Part shown: in pieces, positions 60,771 through 64,000 of the stretch | How the letters are laid out: every line of letters starts with the position of its first letter | Position numbering within the stretch: position 1 is the stretch's first letter | Origin: Chrysemys picta bellii | Lineage: Eukaryota | Assembly (NCBI RefSeq): GCF_011386835.1 | Contig: NC_088792.1 | Location: 233,740,001-233,804,000, forward strand | Reading direction: 5' to 3' | Length of the DNA: 64,000 nt | Position numbers and translations under genes: made by a program | The notes under the pieces: generated by a model | Seen by the model: only the letters and a program-made list of their open reading frames with translations | Told to the model about the DNA's origin: nothing | Database searches by the model: none

Positions 60771-63700
60771 AAACAGGACAAGACCTTTTCCTTGATATTG
60801 ATAATGATAATGAAAGCCATAAGTGAATAAAATCAGCAGTCAGTTCCAGTGCAAAAGTTTTTGAGTCAGTGTGTCATGTAAAACTCAAATCAAAGGTCCT
60901 CATAGGCAATGATGCTAATTAGGGATGGGTGAACAAAAGCAGAAAATTAAGACCTTATCTTGCTCCCAAATTTAAGGTAGTTGCTAGATAGGAATCAAGG
61001 CCCAGATCCTTAAAGATGTTTAGGCTCCTGACTTCCACTGAAATCAGTGGAAGTTATGAGTCTATAAACCGTTGTGGATTGTGATGACTGGTGTATGTGT
61101 GTTGCCTTCCTGCTTGTTGCTTTCTGCTTCCTGTACCTGTTTGTTTTCTGGTTCCTGCTCCAGTGAGATTCTGACATGTCAGCTCCCAAACCGACCTAAC
61201 AGGATGTTGTGTTTTGGAATTGTTGTTCTTGGGCACATCAGAGTGTAACAAGGATCTAGAGCCAAATCTTTTGTGAGGTTCTGCAATGTTTGGTTACTTT
61301 TTTTTAAACCGTGAGGTGCCAGGTGGGTTTGGGAGCTGACGTGTCATAATCTCATTAGAAAGTGCGTTCTCATGAGATTTGATGCTGACTGGAGAGGTGT
61401 AGAAAATTCAAATAAGCATCAGACTTTTTAGATGCTTCTCCAGACTGATCCCAGACTCAGAGCATTAAGTAGCATTCATCACTTGTAATGATGGACACAA
61501 CCAGTCTTAGAAGAGTCTTTGCTCTGTTCTTTTGGAATGGGTCCAGTTCTTAAGAAGTGTCCTTCGGGGCAGGAATCTATTTTGAGTTGTTCCTCCAAAA
61601 AGAAAAACAATGTATATACACATACAGACTGGAAGGATGAAGGGTCTGTGATATAGTTCTTCATATTTCTTAGCCCATGTTTTCTTACACTTCCAGATGT
61701 TAGCTGATGAACTAAGACAAATAGACCATATCCCTAATGCCTTGTTCTGAAAGGCTGCTATACCTACATTTGTATTGTTTATAATTGGCATTGCAGTACT
61801 GACAACAGGCTCCAATCAGGTAGTGGGGCCTCTTCATGCTAGACACTGTACGCACACACAGGGAAAAGACCTTCGCTGTTCCAAATTGCTCAAACTTCAC
61901 CGTTGAAGAACAACATGAGAGACAACAGGTGGACGCGACAAACAGATGGTGGGCAAACACCATGTAACAGTGAGATTGTGAGGGTTTGTGTAAATAAATA
62001 GTGGGGACAGAGGTCACAGATATAGCCAACCATTTTTGTTATTTTACAGAAAACTTTTGGGGGTGAAATGTAAGGCATTCAAAAATGCTCAGTACTCTTA
62101 CCAAATCAAAGTGACCTGTCCCCTGCCAATGTATTCTCCACCCCTTCTATTGTTGCTGTGATCTACCTAGGAAAGTTTTGAATCTGTAGAAGCTACTGAA
62201 TTGATGAATTAACTAAGAACATGCGAACACTAGGAAATGAAAAAGACGATGGCCCTAGGTTAATATACTGTGCAACAGCACTTTACTGTGTGTGGTTTAT
62301 TAGAGTGCTTAGTTAGGCTTACTGAGTTAGGAAACAACTTTGCCTGGGGATTTAGAACTAGAATTGATACCCTCAAACTATGCAGTGCCATTCATTATAA
62401 AAGCCTGTCTTTATACGGGAAAAATAAAATGATTTATTGCATAAACTGGTCAGCTACCAGTGGGCTCCAAGTTAGACCTTTATTTTCCTCTCAAAGAAGA
62501 GAAAATTTTTGAATCAGATATATATTTAGGCTATAAGGAATGAACAGGATTCTGTCAGCCTAATCTCATTACACTTGTAGTCATTACAGTCAAAATGAGT
62601 TTCCTTTGCCTTAGTTTGGGTTGGATTCAAAATTAGTTCTCAGAGGAAAAGGGTCATTACATTAAGGTAGTAAGTTACTAAATTGAGCTTCCTATTATAC
62701 TCGGGTATTTAAACTCATGTTTTCTTAAACTACAGAGGGACGAGATGAATAAGCCAGGTATTGTTCAGTGATTAGAGACATACATGTCATTCAAATAAAT
62801 GAAATAAGGCTAGACAATCAAAGGAAATGTATAATATTTTAATTGAACTAGAAATGGACTGCAACCAAAACACCAAATGGACTGAAACCAGATGGACAGA
62901 AACCAACCCCCACACTTCGGGAAATTTCAGATCTAGGCCTAAACTTTGTGGCTCAGGCTCATCTCTAAATTAAATTAAATGAATACAAATATACAATAAT
63001 CAATGTTCCTTTGGACCTGATCCTGCAAACACACATGTAACTTTACGCATGTAAGTTCAATAAGACTATTCATGTGCATAAAAAAGTTACTCATACACAT
63101 AAACATTTGCAGTATTGAAGACTCTGTGTGGATTTTAGATGGGGGGCCAAAATCCACAGGCAAAGGCTCCAAAACTGCAAACGCTACAAAAGTGAGTAAC
63201 TTTATGCACCTGAATAGTCTTATTGAATCACACGCGTATAGTTACTCATGTGTGGCCCCCTCTGAATTCCAGAAAGGAGCACGAGCCTCAAAACTGGAAT
63301 ATTAAGTCACAGACCAATGTAGATTTTTTTCCCTTCTAAATCTGAAACAAATTGGATGAAAGATTCCTGAGTTACGACACCCTAAAATTAGGGACATTTA
63401 ACTACATTCAGAAAGTCTAATATTTATTTTTGCTTCTTTGCACCAGAGAGAGTAAAAGGTTTACCGGACTCCTGTAGTCTAGCTCCAGTGTACAGGAACA
63501 AAGATCAGTTCATTAAACTCTTGTTTTAAGAGTTAGGATCTTAAATGGCAACAGCAGACTGGCTCATCACCCCACCCACCCCAACCTGTGCAAATCCCCA
63601 AACCATTGCCGCTCCATAATTCATATTAAGATTGATAATAAAAGGGATAATATTAAGAGTTGTTTTCACACTAATTAAAATACCTATTAATTATTATTTT

Positions 63701-64000
63701 GTTAATGCATGTCACTAGGAAGATGAATTGGTAGTATCATTCACAGGCTTAAAAGAGAAATTCTCTGCAGAAGGGGTGGGATTTTAAAGATCCATGAGCA
63801 CAAGTGATTTTGGATAGGTCAGTTAGGGCTAGATTGTCCTTTTTGCACTTAGTTATGAATAAGCATCAGTGTACAGCTGCATTACCCCAGGAGGAGCGCC
63901 AGGAGACATTGTGGTTCACAGTCACATTTCCTACCATATTCCCTTTTTGCTCCACCCTATGGGCCTAGCTCGTTCTGGAAGGACAGTCCCATGATTAGGG

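Noticed and set aside
63995-64000. TTAGGG at the window end
   Set aside because: A single hexamer; no telomeric array.

Overview
Eukaryotic, AT-rich and repeat-dense vertebrate DNA. The repeat families resemble those of turtles (inferred from memory, not from a database search). There is no prokaryotic gene organisation, CRISPR array, rRNA or intact tRNA gene. The best-supported feature is a full-length but decayed Gypsy/Metaviridae LTR retrotransposon (49554-54121, +) with a 5-bp TSD, PBS, PPT and a single gag-pol frame broken by stops and frameshifts; it sits inside a hAT MITE. A CR1 LINE (about 1310-6130, -) carries three nested insertions, each with its own TSD: a hAT MITE, a fold-back hAT transposase remnant, and a palindromic Penelope-like remnant retaining part of a hammerhead ribozyme. 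Many other CR1, L2, MIR, hAT and PIF/Harbinger fragments occur, plus two (AC)n microsatellites and one 188-N gap. No host gene could be named. Several splice-site-bounded candidate exons (mainly + strand, 1-12.4 kb) can be chained in frame but are unverified. The most unusual unexplained signals are a T-shaped three-way-junction palindrome at 54334-54394, a templated inversion of the PPT/LTR start inside the 3' LTR only, and the hAT element built from two inverted transposase 3' ends. I found no convincing evidence of a new multi-gene system.
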